Position numbers and translations under genes: made by a program | Shown: positions 1 to 8,198 of the stretch, in pieces | Layout of the letters: each line of letters begins with the position of its first letter | Numbering within the stretch: the first letter of the stretch is position 1 | The notes under the pieces: generated by a model | Told to the model about the DNA's origin: nothing | The model's input: only the letters and a program-made list of their open reading frames with translations | Databases searched by the model: none | Sequence record: LC768500.1 | Length of the DNA stretch: 64,000 bases | Direction: 5' to 3' (one strand)

Positions 1-130
1 TACTGGTGAAATTCCTCTTCGAAAGTTACCTACTTTCTCAAACCCACCGCAAAGAACAATAAGAGACGATAAAAAACCTTCATCACTCTGGGGGATGGTT
101 AGAGCTCTGTTCTTTGTATTCATGTGATAC

Positions 131-160
131 TATTCCTCTACCCACGTGGGTAGAGGAATA
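131..160. terminator. Intergenic inverted repeat, likely intrinsic terminator
   Basis: TATTCCTCTACCC-acgt-GGGTAGAGGAATA (13 bp) followed by a T-rich tract; near copy of the hairpin at 9495-9526. Confidence 0.75.
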
Positions 161-195
161 ATAACGCTTTTTTATTTTTTAAGGTTATCTCACTC

Positions 196-234
196 ATGGC
201 TAAAATTTATTTCACTTACTCTTCTATTGTATAG
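196..234 (+). pseudogene. Dead 5' remnant of thymidine kinase (MAKIYFTYSSIV*)
   Basis: RBS-like TAAGGTT at 180-186, ATG 196; 7 of first 10 aa and 26/33 nt match the tdk start at 1228 (MAKVFFTFSSM). Confidence 0.8.
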
Positions 235-259
235 TAGAAACGCTTATGGGGAAATAGAA

Positions 260-1228
260 ATGCCGAAAATTAGTGGCTACAAAGAACATCCGGTAATAAA
301 AAACCTTTTCATCCATCCTACGGAAGATAATCACGTCCTGTATGTTAGGAAGAAAAAAGTATCTCGGATAAAGACCCATGTCGGTAAACGCGGATATGTG
401 ATTTTTACTATGTGGTTAAATGGGAAATCCAAGGGTTTTCGCTTCCACAAATTGAAAGCTGAAACGTATCTCAAGAAACCCAGTTCAGACCACACCCTAG
501 TTGTCAATCATAAGGACCATGTTAAGATCAATAACGATCTCGATAACCTAGAATGGGGGACTCAGAAAGAGGATGTCGATCATTCATTAAATATCCGTCA
601 AAAACTTTTTCCCCTCTATCGGATAATGGATTTGACTACGGGGAGATGGTGTACGGCCGGCAGTCGTAAAGGGGTGATAGAAATGCTAGCTTGCACCCAC
701 CGACAACTCTCTAACCATATTAAAGACCCTCGCTATCCATTGCTCTTCAAGTGGGAGGTAACAAGGAGTTCCACTTGGAATCTTTCAAAAGATGACGTGG
801 GTAGATATAACCCACGAGAGCTTCTTCCTTATGTGGTAGAAAAGAATGGTGTCGTTTTTTACCTGGCGACATTAGCTGAAGTTGGTGAATTGACAAAGAT
901 TACTAAATACACGATTACAGTTGGTTTAAAAAATCAGCCGGTTCTGCATGCCAAGGGATTCAGTGTTCGGTTCATTAATTCCTATGAAGAATGGATGAAA
1001 ACTGTTATTGAGAAATCTTATATTGATACCATGTTGAATAGAAGTAAAGGAAATAAAAAACAGATTGAGGTAATAAACACTCTTACGAAGGAAAAAACCA
1101 TGCTGAACGGAATTATAGAGTTAATGGAGTTGACTAATTATTCACGATCTACCATCGACCGGGCAATGAAAAGTATGCGTGAAGACGGATGGGTGACTTT
1201 CAAAAATCTAAAGATAAGGTTTATATAA
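260..1228 (+). CDS. Free-standing HNH homing endonuclease
   Basis: VVNHKDHVKINNDLDNLEW HNH motif; the track's GTG at 146 lies inside a terminator hairpin, so ATG 260 (MPKISGY) is preferred; stop overlaps tdk start (TAATG). Confidence 0.85.
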   Translation: MPKISGYKEHPVIKNLFIHPTEDNHVLYVRKKKVSRIKTHVGKRGYVIFTMWLNGKSKGFRFHKLKAETYLKKPSSDHTLVVNHKDHVKINNDLDNLEWGTQKEDVDHSLNIRQKLFPLYRIMDLTTGRWCTAGSRKGVIEMLACTHRQLSNHIKDPRYPLLFKWEVTRSSTWNLSKDDVGRYNPRELLPYVVEKNGVVFYLATLAEVGELTKITKYTITVGLKNQPVLHAKGFSVRFINSYEEWMKTVIEKSYIDTMLNRSKGNKKQIEVINTLTKEKTMLNGIIELMELTNYSRSTIDRAMKSMREDGWVTFKNLKIRFI

Positions 1229-1815
1229 TGGCTAAGGTATTTTTCACTTTCTCTTCGATGAATTCTGGGAAGACCACTGGATTGTTGCAATCGGCTTACA
1301 ATTACGTTGAAAGAGGAATGTCCGTCTTACTTCTTAAACCGAAACTCGATAATAGAGAAGGGGACGATCCGATAATTAAATCAAGAATAGGATTAGAAAG
1401 CGAGTGTGTTTTTATTCCTGATGACGGGGATGAATTAGTCGACCTCATTCATAATAATAAAGGTGTTTCGGCGATATTCATCGACGAGGTTCAGTTCGTT
1501 CCAGTGCGAGTGCTTAGCGCGATCATGGTAATGTGTGACACCATGGATATTCCTCTTCTCTGCTACGGTCTCCGTAACGCTTATGATGGTAAGGGATTCC
1601 CGGGATCTGATTTCTTATTACGTCACGCTGATAAACTGGTTGAATGCAAATCGATTTGTTGGTGTGGTAAAAAGGCGACCCACAACATGATGGTTGTCGA
1701 TGGGAAAGTGGTAAGGGAAACCACGTCAGGGGGAAATATGGTTGTCGGCGGTAATGAACTGTATCACGCCGTTTGCAGGTATCATTTCTTCGAAGGCAAA
1801 TACAAAGAAGATTAA
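1228..1815 (+). CDS. tdk: Thymidine kinase
   Basis: SMNSGKTT P-loop, FIDEVQF, CYGLR, Zn-binding CWCG...CRYH; start ATG 1228 with TAAGG RBS inside the HNH gene end. Confidence 0.95.
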   Translation: MAKVFFTFSSMNSGKTTGLLQSAYNYVERGMSVLLLKPKLDNREGDDPIIKSRIGLESECVFIPDDGDELVDLIHNNKGVSAIFIDEVQFVPVRVLSAIMVMCDTMDIPLLCYGLRNAYDGKGFPGSDFLLRHADKLVECKSICWCGKKATHNMMVVDGKVVRETTSGGNMVVGGNELYHAVCRYHFFEGKYKED

Positions 1816-1833
1816 CTTATATTTATTTTGAGA

Positions 1834-1853
1834 TCTACATTATCATGGTGTAA
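1834..1853 (+). promoter_or_regulatory. Putative early promoter
   Basis: TCTACATTATCATGGTGTAA, 17/20 identical to 58145-58164, which contains the phiKZ early-type TATATTAC. Confidence 0.55.
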
Positions 1854-1893
1854 GCATAGTACGTTTTTATTTTCCTTTTTAGGAGTTAACATC

Positions 1894-2388
1894 ATGATGA
1901 GCCAACTTGTAAATATTCTGAGTGAACACAGATCGGCGTTTATTTGGCCTTCCAACATCCTTCAGTTAGAAGATGAATACTTCTATCTCTCGGTCAAGAT
2001 TACGGAGAGTGGTGTGGTCAAATGTATCTTCCGGAACAAGCTCACCAAAGACGTCCGTAAGTTCGACTTCTCTGATAGCATTTTTGATAAAGAGGGGTTA
2101 TGGGATTACTTCAATGCGATCGGCAAAGAAGTCTACGCCATTGGGATTGACTACGGTAAAGGGTTCCAGCTGAAGATGTTGTTTGAGCCGATTAAGGCGA
2201 TGATCACCGATAAGGCACATAAGCCTTATAATGGACATCTTCCAAGAGACGTAAGAGCACCACTATTTTCCCCGGTTAACGCCCACAGCATTTATCTCGA
2301 CGAAAACGGCGAAGTCACACTCGATGGCTTCGAATGGGCTTCTCGTGGATTGCAATTAAAAATCATCGAAGAGCTCTTAATTAACTAA
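1894..2388 (+). CDS. Hypothetical protein
   Basis: AGGAG RBS then ATG 1894; open to TAA 2388. Confidence 0.7.
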   Translation: MMSQLVNILSEHRSAFIWPSNILQLEDEYFYLSVKITESGVVKCIFRNKLTKDVRKFDFSDSIFDKEGLWDYFNAIGKEVYAIGIDYGKGFQLKMLFEPIKAMITDKAHKPYNGHLPRDVRAPLFSPVNAHSIYLDENGEVTLDGFEWASRGLQLKIIEELLIN

Positions 2389-2431
2389 TTAATGTTATGC
2401 TAATTAGCTCATCACTGTAAAGAGGATTAAG

Positions 2432-2908
2432 ATGAAAAACCTGCTCGATTTAGTGCTCAAATTTTTCATTGGGCTTAACCCAGGCCTGGCCGTACTGATG
2501 GAAGGTGGTTCGATCGTCAATGTGGTTGAAAAACCAGAAATCGATCGTTACGCCGGTGATATCATGCGTCCGGACGGCACAACCAAGCTTCTGTCGGTAA
2601 CCTGGAAACCGGGTACATTTAAAGGCGTGTTCGGCCTCGATCCAGCCTTTGCTCCCGTCACGCAGGATGAAGCAGGCACCACTGAAGGTATCTTCCTGAA
2701 GACCGACGGCACGCCTTACTTTGCGTTGACGGCTGAAAATGCTACCGAAGCCAAAATCGAAGAAATCCTCGGATATGCTTTCGAAGAAGGTACGGTCGCA
2801 GTAGACACCGAAACCAAAAAGGTCAGCTTCGCAACGTCTACCATCGTTGCTGAAATCGATCTGGTCGTTATCGAAGCGGCTCCGGTGGCCGACGGCCAAC
2901 TGCCGTAA
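2432..2908 (+). CDS. Hypothetical protein (acidic, high-expression codon bias)
   Basis: GAGGA RBS, C-ending codon bias, followed by a hairpin. Confidence 0.75.
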   Translation: MKNLLDLVLKFFIGLNPGLAVLMEGGSIVNVVEKPEIDRYAGDIMRPDGTTKLLSVTWKPGTFKGVFGLDPAFAPVTQDEAGTTEGIFLKTDGTPYFALTAENATEAKIEEILGYAFEEGTVAVDTETKKVSFATSTIVAEIDLVVIEAAPVADGQLP

Positions 2909-2916
2909 TAAGTAAC

Positions 2917-2950
2917 CTACTCCTACGTCCTTAACGGGGCGTAGGAGTAG
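2917..2950. terminator. Intergenic hairpin, CTCCTAC family
   Basis: CTACTCCTACGTCC / GGGCGTAGGAGTAG arms directly after stop codon. Confidence 0.7.
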
Positions 2951-3013
2951 TTCGTTAATTATAACTGACTTTTTTAATATATAACCACCAACGTTCATTT
3001 AGGACATAACACC

Positions 3014-3220
3014 ATGTTGTATGACGCAATTGAAGTTTGTTTTATCGTAATCTCCATTCTTTCCTTTATCTGGGTAATGAAGAAGAAAGGAACTGGGGCG
3101 ATGTTAATTATTGCGTTTTCTATTGTTGTCGTGGCAGGATGTCGTTATCAAGATAACGCCGATACCGAACAAGCTTTAGAGCATCCAAAATATACCAAAT
3201 CTAACTGCGGCTGTTTATAA
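3014..3220 (+). CDS. Small membrane protein / possible lipoprotein
   Basis: AGGA RBS; two hydrophobic segments; internal MKKK...VVAG-C lipobox-like signal. Confidence 0.6.
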   Translation: MLYDAIEVCFIVISILSFIWVMKKKGTGAMLIIAFSIVVVAGCRYQDNADTEQALEHPKYTKSNCGCL

Positions 3221-3232
3221 GAGGAACTGATT

Positions 3233-3526
3233 ATGTTTTATGATTTAGTCAAGGTTTGCAAGGAACTCGTATTTTCTCATACCTTCAACGAAAGCAATCC
3301 TGACAAGGGTTACTTCGATACCTGGAAGTGGCGTAAGTTACTCATTAACGTGGTAAGCGTAACGTATCACACCCCTAAGCTTGCCGCGCTCAGTCCGCTC
3401 TTAAAGGCTATTTCCAGTAAGCAAGACGGGCTGACAATTTCCCCACAAACCGACAGCCAAGGACGGGTCACGCGAATTACGGTGACACACAATAATAAAT
3501 CAGTGGGTTTCAGATTCAAACGTTAA
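3233..3526 (+). CDS. Hypothetical protein
   Basis: GAGGA RBS, tight operon spacing. Confidence 0.65.
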   Translation: MFYDLVKVCKELVFSHTFNESNPDKGYFDTWKWRKLLINVVSVTYHTPKLAALSPLLKAISSKQDGLTISPQTDSQGRVTRITVTHNNKSVGFRFKR

Positions 3527-3539
3527 AGGAATAATCGTC

Positions 3540-4112
3540 ATGGGATACATCGAGCTTAAACACGGAACTGATAAAGACTACGTTCCCTACCGCACCAATG
3601 ACATCTACGAATTAGATGAAGATATCACCGTCTTAACCGACGATACTCGGGTTATCGACGAAAATAAAGAAACCTACTTTTTTGTGCCAGGGGTGGACGC
3701 AGAAAACATCAAGGTTAAGGTCGGTGACGTGAACCAGTTTTTACTTTTCTGGCCCGTGAAGGAAGGGGTTGAAATCAGACTTGTTTCGTTTGGGACTGGT
3801 AGAAAAACCACAAAAGTGGTTGGGTTCCTCATGACCGAGTTTCATCACCATTCCATTTACGCCAGCGTGTTCTCGTCCCTGCTGCATCGAGAATCGAAAA
3901 TGAATTTCCGCAGTAATAAACTGGCTACAGGGATCATGTGTAAATTACTTCACCGGTGCCTCAAAAGCTTTAAGCTCAAGCATCCTTCGCTCGGACGTAT
4001 CTATCTCGATATCGTATCTGATAACGGTGTTATTAAGTACGTTAACCAACACGGTAATTTTAGTGGATTGTATTATCGATTCAATCCAGGATTTAAACCA
4101 GAATTACGCTAG
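3540..4112 (+). CDS. Hypothetical protein
   Basis: AAGGA RBS, operon spacing. Confidence 0.7.
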   Translation: MGYIELKHGTDKDYVPYRTNDIYELDEDITVLTDDTRVIDENKETYFFVPGVDAENIKVKVGDVNQFLLFWPVKEGVEIRLVSFGTGRKTTKVVGFLMTEFHHHSIYASVFSSLLHRESKMNFRSNKLATGIMCKLLHRCLKSFKLKHPSLGRIYLDIVSDNGVIKYVNQHGNFSGLYYRFNPGFKPELR

Positions 4113-4120
4113 GAAAAAAT

Positions 4121-4663
4121 ATGTCAGATATTATCGCTTACAATAAAGCGCGGCTGGTTAATGGGTTTGAACTCGTTTGCCATCATCGCACTATTCACCT
4201 GTTCGAAGATGTTTTCGAGAAGGGCAGGTACAATAAAGAGTTCGTTGCTAAATTTGACGAACTGGAAGTATTTTTGGATGTTCGTTACGCGATCATCTTA
4301 GGGAGAAAAGATAAAGATCTCACACTGCATCTAATTCGCAGTAATGCAGCTCGTGAGATCGTCAGCTGGGATTATCATTACAAGTCCAATGATAACCGAT
4401 CTGACAATTGGAAGATGGAGGCCATCGGGCAGTTTATCATCAGTGACATGGAGCAGGGGTATTTCTCCCTCTCCCCTGGTTATCGAAGTGATATCAACGA
4501 CCTACTGACTTATATCGGTGGTCAAGAGAAAGAGGTCAATATTCGCAATACAGAAATCAGCGTCAGTGAGGGTAAATTTAACTTCGTAGGCCGTAACGGA
4601 CAGATCGGCCCGGGTTTGTTATCAGAGACCAAACCCGTTAACCTCATTAAGTTGTGGGCATAA
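4121..4663 (+). CDS. Hypothetical protein
   Basis: AGGA RBS; ends at a 17-bp hairpin. Confidence 0.7.
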   Translation: MSDIIAYNKARLVNGFELVCHHRTIHLFEDVFEKGRYNKEFVAKFDELEVFLDVRYAIILGRKDKDLTLHLIRSNAAREIVSWDYHYKSNDNRSDNWKMEAIGQFIISDMEQGYFSLSPGYRSDINDLLTYIGGQEKEVNIRNTEISVSEGKFNFVGRNGQIGPGLLSETKPVNLIKLWA

Positions 4664-4702
4664 TAATAACTCCTACTCCCGATAAGGGAGTAGGAGTTAT
4701 TA
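4664..4702. terminator. Perfect 17-bp hairpin terminator
   Basis: TAATAACTCCTACTCCC-gataa-GGGAGTAGGAGTTATTA followed by T-tract. Confidence 0.85.
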
Positions 4703-4732
4703 ACTTTTTTGTTTTTAGAATAGGAGGGTGTA

Positions 4733-5986
4733 GTGCACGATGATTTTTATGACCGCCATGACCACGTTTTCGTTTTCGTGCAAAAATTTGATTTAGCTCA
4801 TCCTGAACTAATAGACCGAACCGTAGAGGAGAAATTCGAAATTTATACTAAGGACTATCCCGATTATGATTGTTGGGCTCAACTGGTTTATTATTTCAAG
4901 GACGGCGGGGTGTTTTCACCAGAAGGGGTGAGACTTTCAATGAGGGGGATGGTGGTTTCTCCGTTGAAAAGACTCAACCGACCCATCCACGAAAGAATAA
5001 ACGAAATGGTGTTCAGGGAAGGGGCGAAAAAACAGTCAGGTTATCCTAGGATAATGATCGGCGATTTAGGACTTTCAATGCACAGACTGATCGCATCTAC
5101 TTTCATAAAAAGACCCGATCATTTAAAGCTTATCCCATTTATGCTTTTACACGTCAATCATAAAAATGGGATTAAGAACGATTACAGACCTAATAACTTA
5201 GAATGGACTACTCCTAAGGAAAACGCGATCCATAGCGCCATGACGGGACTCACGCCACAGGGACTAGCCCACACAAAAACAATATCGGTACTCGGGTTCT
5301 TCTCTTTACCAGGAAAGTGGTTCGGGAAAACCATTTCATTTAGTGGAAATAAAGAGATTAATTCCGCAGAACTGTTTTCTCAAACAATGATACACGAAAA
5401 GGTTAGGGAAGGTGGGTTGTACAAGGGTTTTAAGTGGATTAGCGTATCTGAAGAAGAGTATAACAACCATCCACACGGTTTAGAAGATCCAGAATTTAAG
5501 AGATTTATCGACGAAGGGGGAAACACTTACCTTGATGAAAGAACTAATTTTCTTATAGGGACAGTGATTCACGAATGCGCTTATAAAGGGCTGCAATTTA
5601 TTATTTTCGGTGAAACAATGATCGAGCGTAACGGATTCCCGGCTAATCGTTTAATGGAGTTTTATAAATCCAAAGAATCGGATTCTTATTTATCAAAGGG
5701 ATGTCTTTTTGTGAGGGGGGATCTGTCCGACCTTGAAAAATTTCCGCGTGGAATACCCGATGAGCTGGTAACCATTTTATCTAGGGAGAGGGGAGATAAG
5801 TTCTATCCCGTGATCGCCAATAAAGATGGAGAGGATAAGTTATTTGCATCTAAAGAAGAGTTATCCGCGAACGGGTTTATTTATAAAGAGGTTAAGAAAA
5901 ATATACGGGGAGAGACGGGAAGTCATAGGGGTCACGCATTCAGATGGGCGGAACGATTATCGGGGTCGTTCCAACCGTCAGACTAG
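4733..5986 (+). CDS. Free-standing HNH homing endonuclease
   Basis: HRLIASTF...HVNHKNGIKNDYRPNNLEWTTPKENAIH; GGGAGG RBS before GTG. Confidence 0.85.
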   Translation: MHDDFYDRHDHVFVFVQKFDLAHPELIDRTVEEKFEIYTKDYPDYDCWAQLVYYFKDGGVFSPEGVRLSMRGMVVSPLKRLNRPIHERINEMVFREGAKKQSGYPRIMIGDLGLSMHRLIASTFIKRPDHLKLIPFMLLHVNHKNGIKNDYRPNNLEWTTPKENAIHSAMTGLTPQGLAHTKTISVLGFFSLPGKWFGKTISFSGNKEINSAELFSQTMIHEKVREGGLYKGFKWISVSEEEYNNHPHGLEDPEFKRFIDEGGNTYLDERTNFLIGTVIHECAYKGLQFIIFGETMIERNGFPANRLMEFYKSKESDSYLSKGCLFVRGDLSDLEKFPRGIPDELVTILSRERGDKFYPVIANKDGEDKLFASKEELSANGFIYKEVKKNIRGETGSHRGHAFRWAERLSGSFQPSD

Positions 5987-6078
5987 GACGTATCATGTGG
6001 TCCGCTGGCACGGGTAACCTCAAAGACACCATTGGACAAAGTAAACCCATCCCCGCCTCTCCAGAAATCACTGGTTAA
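5944..6078 (+). pseudogene. Possible 3' remnant of a displaced gene overlapping the HNH stop
   Basis: 44-codon frame (MGGTIIGVVPTVRLGRIMWSAGTGNLKDTIGQSKPIPASPEITG*) ending 8 nt before a terminator; weak similarity to the C-terminus of 4121-4663. Confidence 0.35.
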
Positions 6079-6086
6079 ACTTTATA

Positions 6087-6116
6087 ATAACTACCGGGAG
6101 ATTTCCCGGTAGTTAT
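6087..6116. terminator. Bidirectional terminator, TAACTACCG family
   Basis: ATAACTACCGGGA-gatt-TCCCGGTAGTTAT between convergent genes. Confidence 0.8.
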
Positions 6117-6119
6117 CAG

Positions 6120-8174
6120 TCAAAATAAATCCATGACGTTAGAGAGATATTTATTTAACGGTAATGTTTCTGATTCATTATTCATGATATCAAATGACTC
6201 ATTGCCGTCTATAACACGTAATGCTGGGTTATTAAGAGAACTCTGAGCTAATAATTGCTCGACGTTCTCTTTAGACCACTGCATGATATCTACGCTTCTG
6301 GTCATGATGTTTATTTCATTTCCAGTATCGAGTTCAATTAACCAGAAGAAACAAGGGGCGTCCTGCCCCTGTCTAAAGATCCTCGCCTTGGTTTGTTTCA
6401 TTTCGTAATCGCGCCAAGGGGCGTCCATCATAATCTCCTGATTTGCAACGACCATGTGCGCCCCTTCCTTTAGGGTCTTAAAGGTCGTAACCCCAGGATT
6501 ATACGTCGGATCATCAGTGAATATACTAATGAGTTTCTCTTTACTTAATTCTGCGTCCCCGTAAACGAGTAAGGGTTTTAATCCCTCTTCCTTAAGATAA
6601 GTGTTAACTTCATTAAGGACGTCGACATAAGAAGTAAAGATTAATGTTTTCTTTTCTACCTGATTAATAAGCCCTGGAAGATTAGCATGCCTTACTACTG
6701 ATCTGACCGCATCAATCCTCGCTTTACCCAAGACATTCCCTAACGCCTCACCTTTGATCTTTAATCCCACATATTTTACTGCTGATTTAATATTTCTGAA
6801 TTGTTTCAGTTTATCTCCTCGTAAGCGGGCTTCAATATCGATCTCGACGTTCTTAGCATATTGAGAGTCTTCGGAGTCGGTGAAGTTATTATATCCTTGT
6901 GTTCTGAACTTATTAACGATCTGACGATAACGAACCAATCTTCCTAATTGGGATGGATCGTCTTTTACATAATGTTCGTAATCTTCCAGAACGTGATTAA
7001 AGAAATTGAGGAACGTTGGCATGTTTGTTTCGTAAAACTTAACACGCTGTTGTATGTAAGCTAACATGTCAAGTCGTATTGCTTTTAGAGTGAATCTTTC
7101 TCCGCCGGGTACGACGACTGGAAGCATGACTACGTCAGGTTCTTCATCTAGCCCCACAACGCTGTCTATGACGTATCTCGTCTTTCCTAAGCGATGGGCG
7201 AGCAATTCATTGAGTTTATCTCTGGACAAGCCATAGGACTTCAGGAAGCGTTCTCGGGCATTGCCTTTAAAGAATGGATCGATCGCACAGAACATCGGAT
7301 ATGTTTCTTTCCCGGAATTTTTTAACAAGGTTCCGCTCATAGGCAGAGCGTCTTTAAAGTCGAAGTGGTCTACAACGGAAATCAAGTTTTGCGTTTGTTT
7401 AGAGGAAAGTTCGTTAAAGTTATGGCTTTCATCGATAACAAGGTCGACCCCACCGTTGCCAGCAAACTCAAAAATGCGTTCCACCGCTTTAAAGAAATCC
7501 GGTGATCGGGTGGCTTCGATATGGAATACGTAATATTCGGCGTCTCTATCCAACGGTCTATTTTGTCGAGTGGTCCAGTATTTGGGGGGAGTGACGAATA
7601 CCTTTTCTTCAATGTGAAATTTCCAAACTGTATTTAGCACAACGTCAGGAGCAATAATGATATGTTTCTTATTCCCCGTCAGACGCGTCCACATTAAGGC
7701 CGTAGGCGTTTTTCCTGAACCAGGTTTAGCGTCTAATAGCAATCCCTTTAGGTGATAAGATGACTTAATTCCTTTATACATTTCTAAGAACCCCATCTGA
7801 GTAGGATGTGGTTTTATTTTAAACTGCTTTAAAAAAGAAGCTTTGTCTATCGGATAAGCTGTAGGGGTAACGGTATCCTTTATCCAAGTATCCGTTCTGA
7901 GTTTAATTTGGAGTTCGTTAAGGTTCTTGCGACTACTCCAGGTATTTCTTGACTGGAGTATCTTTGTTATTAGATGATCCAACTCCAATAAGAAAAAGTT
8001 ATCCGTAACGAACTTATTGGACCCAACACGTCTGAACATATAACGACCTGGCGTGCTTGTACCATACGCGGTCTGTATGTCGTCATTAAAGTTACGGAAG
8101 TTAACATGATTGATTTCCGTAATAGTCGGTCCTTGTTTAACATCAGGCCCAAAGATATAGTTTAACATCACCAA
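6120..8174 (-). CDS. SF2 (SNF2/DEAD-like) helicase
   Basis: DAKPGSGKT motif I, VIDESH motif II, SGT motif III, QTKARIFRQGQ motif VI; ATG at 8168 is an alternative start. Confidence 0.85.
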   Translation of the reverse strand: MVMLNYIFGPDVKQGPTITEINHVNFRNFNDDIQTAYGTSTPGRYMFRRVGSNKFVTDNFFLLELDHLITKILQSRNTWSSRKNLNELQIKLRTDTWIKDTVTPTAYPIDKASFLKQFKIKPHPTQMGFLEMYKGIKSSYHLKGLLLDAKPGSGKTPTALMWTRLTGNKKHIIIAPDVVLNTVWKFHIEEKVFVTPPKYWTTRQNRPLDRDAEYYVFHIEATRSPDFFKAVERIFEFAGNGGVDLVIDESHNFNELSSKQTQNLISVVDHFDFKDALPMSGTLLKNSGKETYPMFCAIDPFFKGNARERFLKSYGLSRDKLNELLAHRLGKTRYVIDSVVGLDEEPDVVMLPVVVPGGERFTLKAIRLDMLAYIQQRVKFYETNMPTFLNFFNHVLEDYEHYVKDDPSQLGRLVRYRQIVNKFRTQGYNNFTDSEDSQYAKNVEIDIEARLRGDKLKQFRNIKSAVKYVGLKIKGEALGNVLGKARIDAVRSVVRHANLPGLINQVEKKTLIFTSYVDVLNEVNTYLKEEGLKPLLVYGDAELSKEKLISIFTDDPTYNPGVTTFKTLKEGAHMVVANQEIMMDAPWRDYEMKQTKARIFRQGQDAPCFFWLIELDTGNEINIMTRSVDIMQWSKENVEQLLAQSSLNNPALRVIDGNESFDIMNNESETLPLNKYLSNVMDLF

Positions 8175-8198
8175 TCACCCGTTATTAGGAGTAGTAAA

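Noticed and set aside
146-259. N-terminal extension of the first HNH from GTG 146
   Set aside because: The start lies within a terminator stem and the extension crosses the tdk stub; ATG 260 gives a typical N-terminus.
3209-3220. C-terminal CGCL as a CaaX prenylation signal
   Set aside because: Prenylation is eukaryotic; a four-residue match is expected by chance.
4703-6086. Group I intron around the free-standing HNH genes (also 235-1227 and 21005-22145)
   Set aside because: No R/S (P7) elements found by eye, and flanking genes are complete without splicing.
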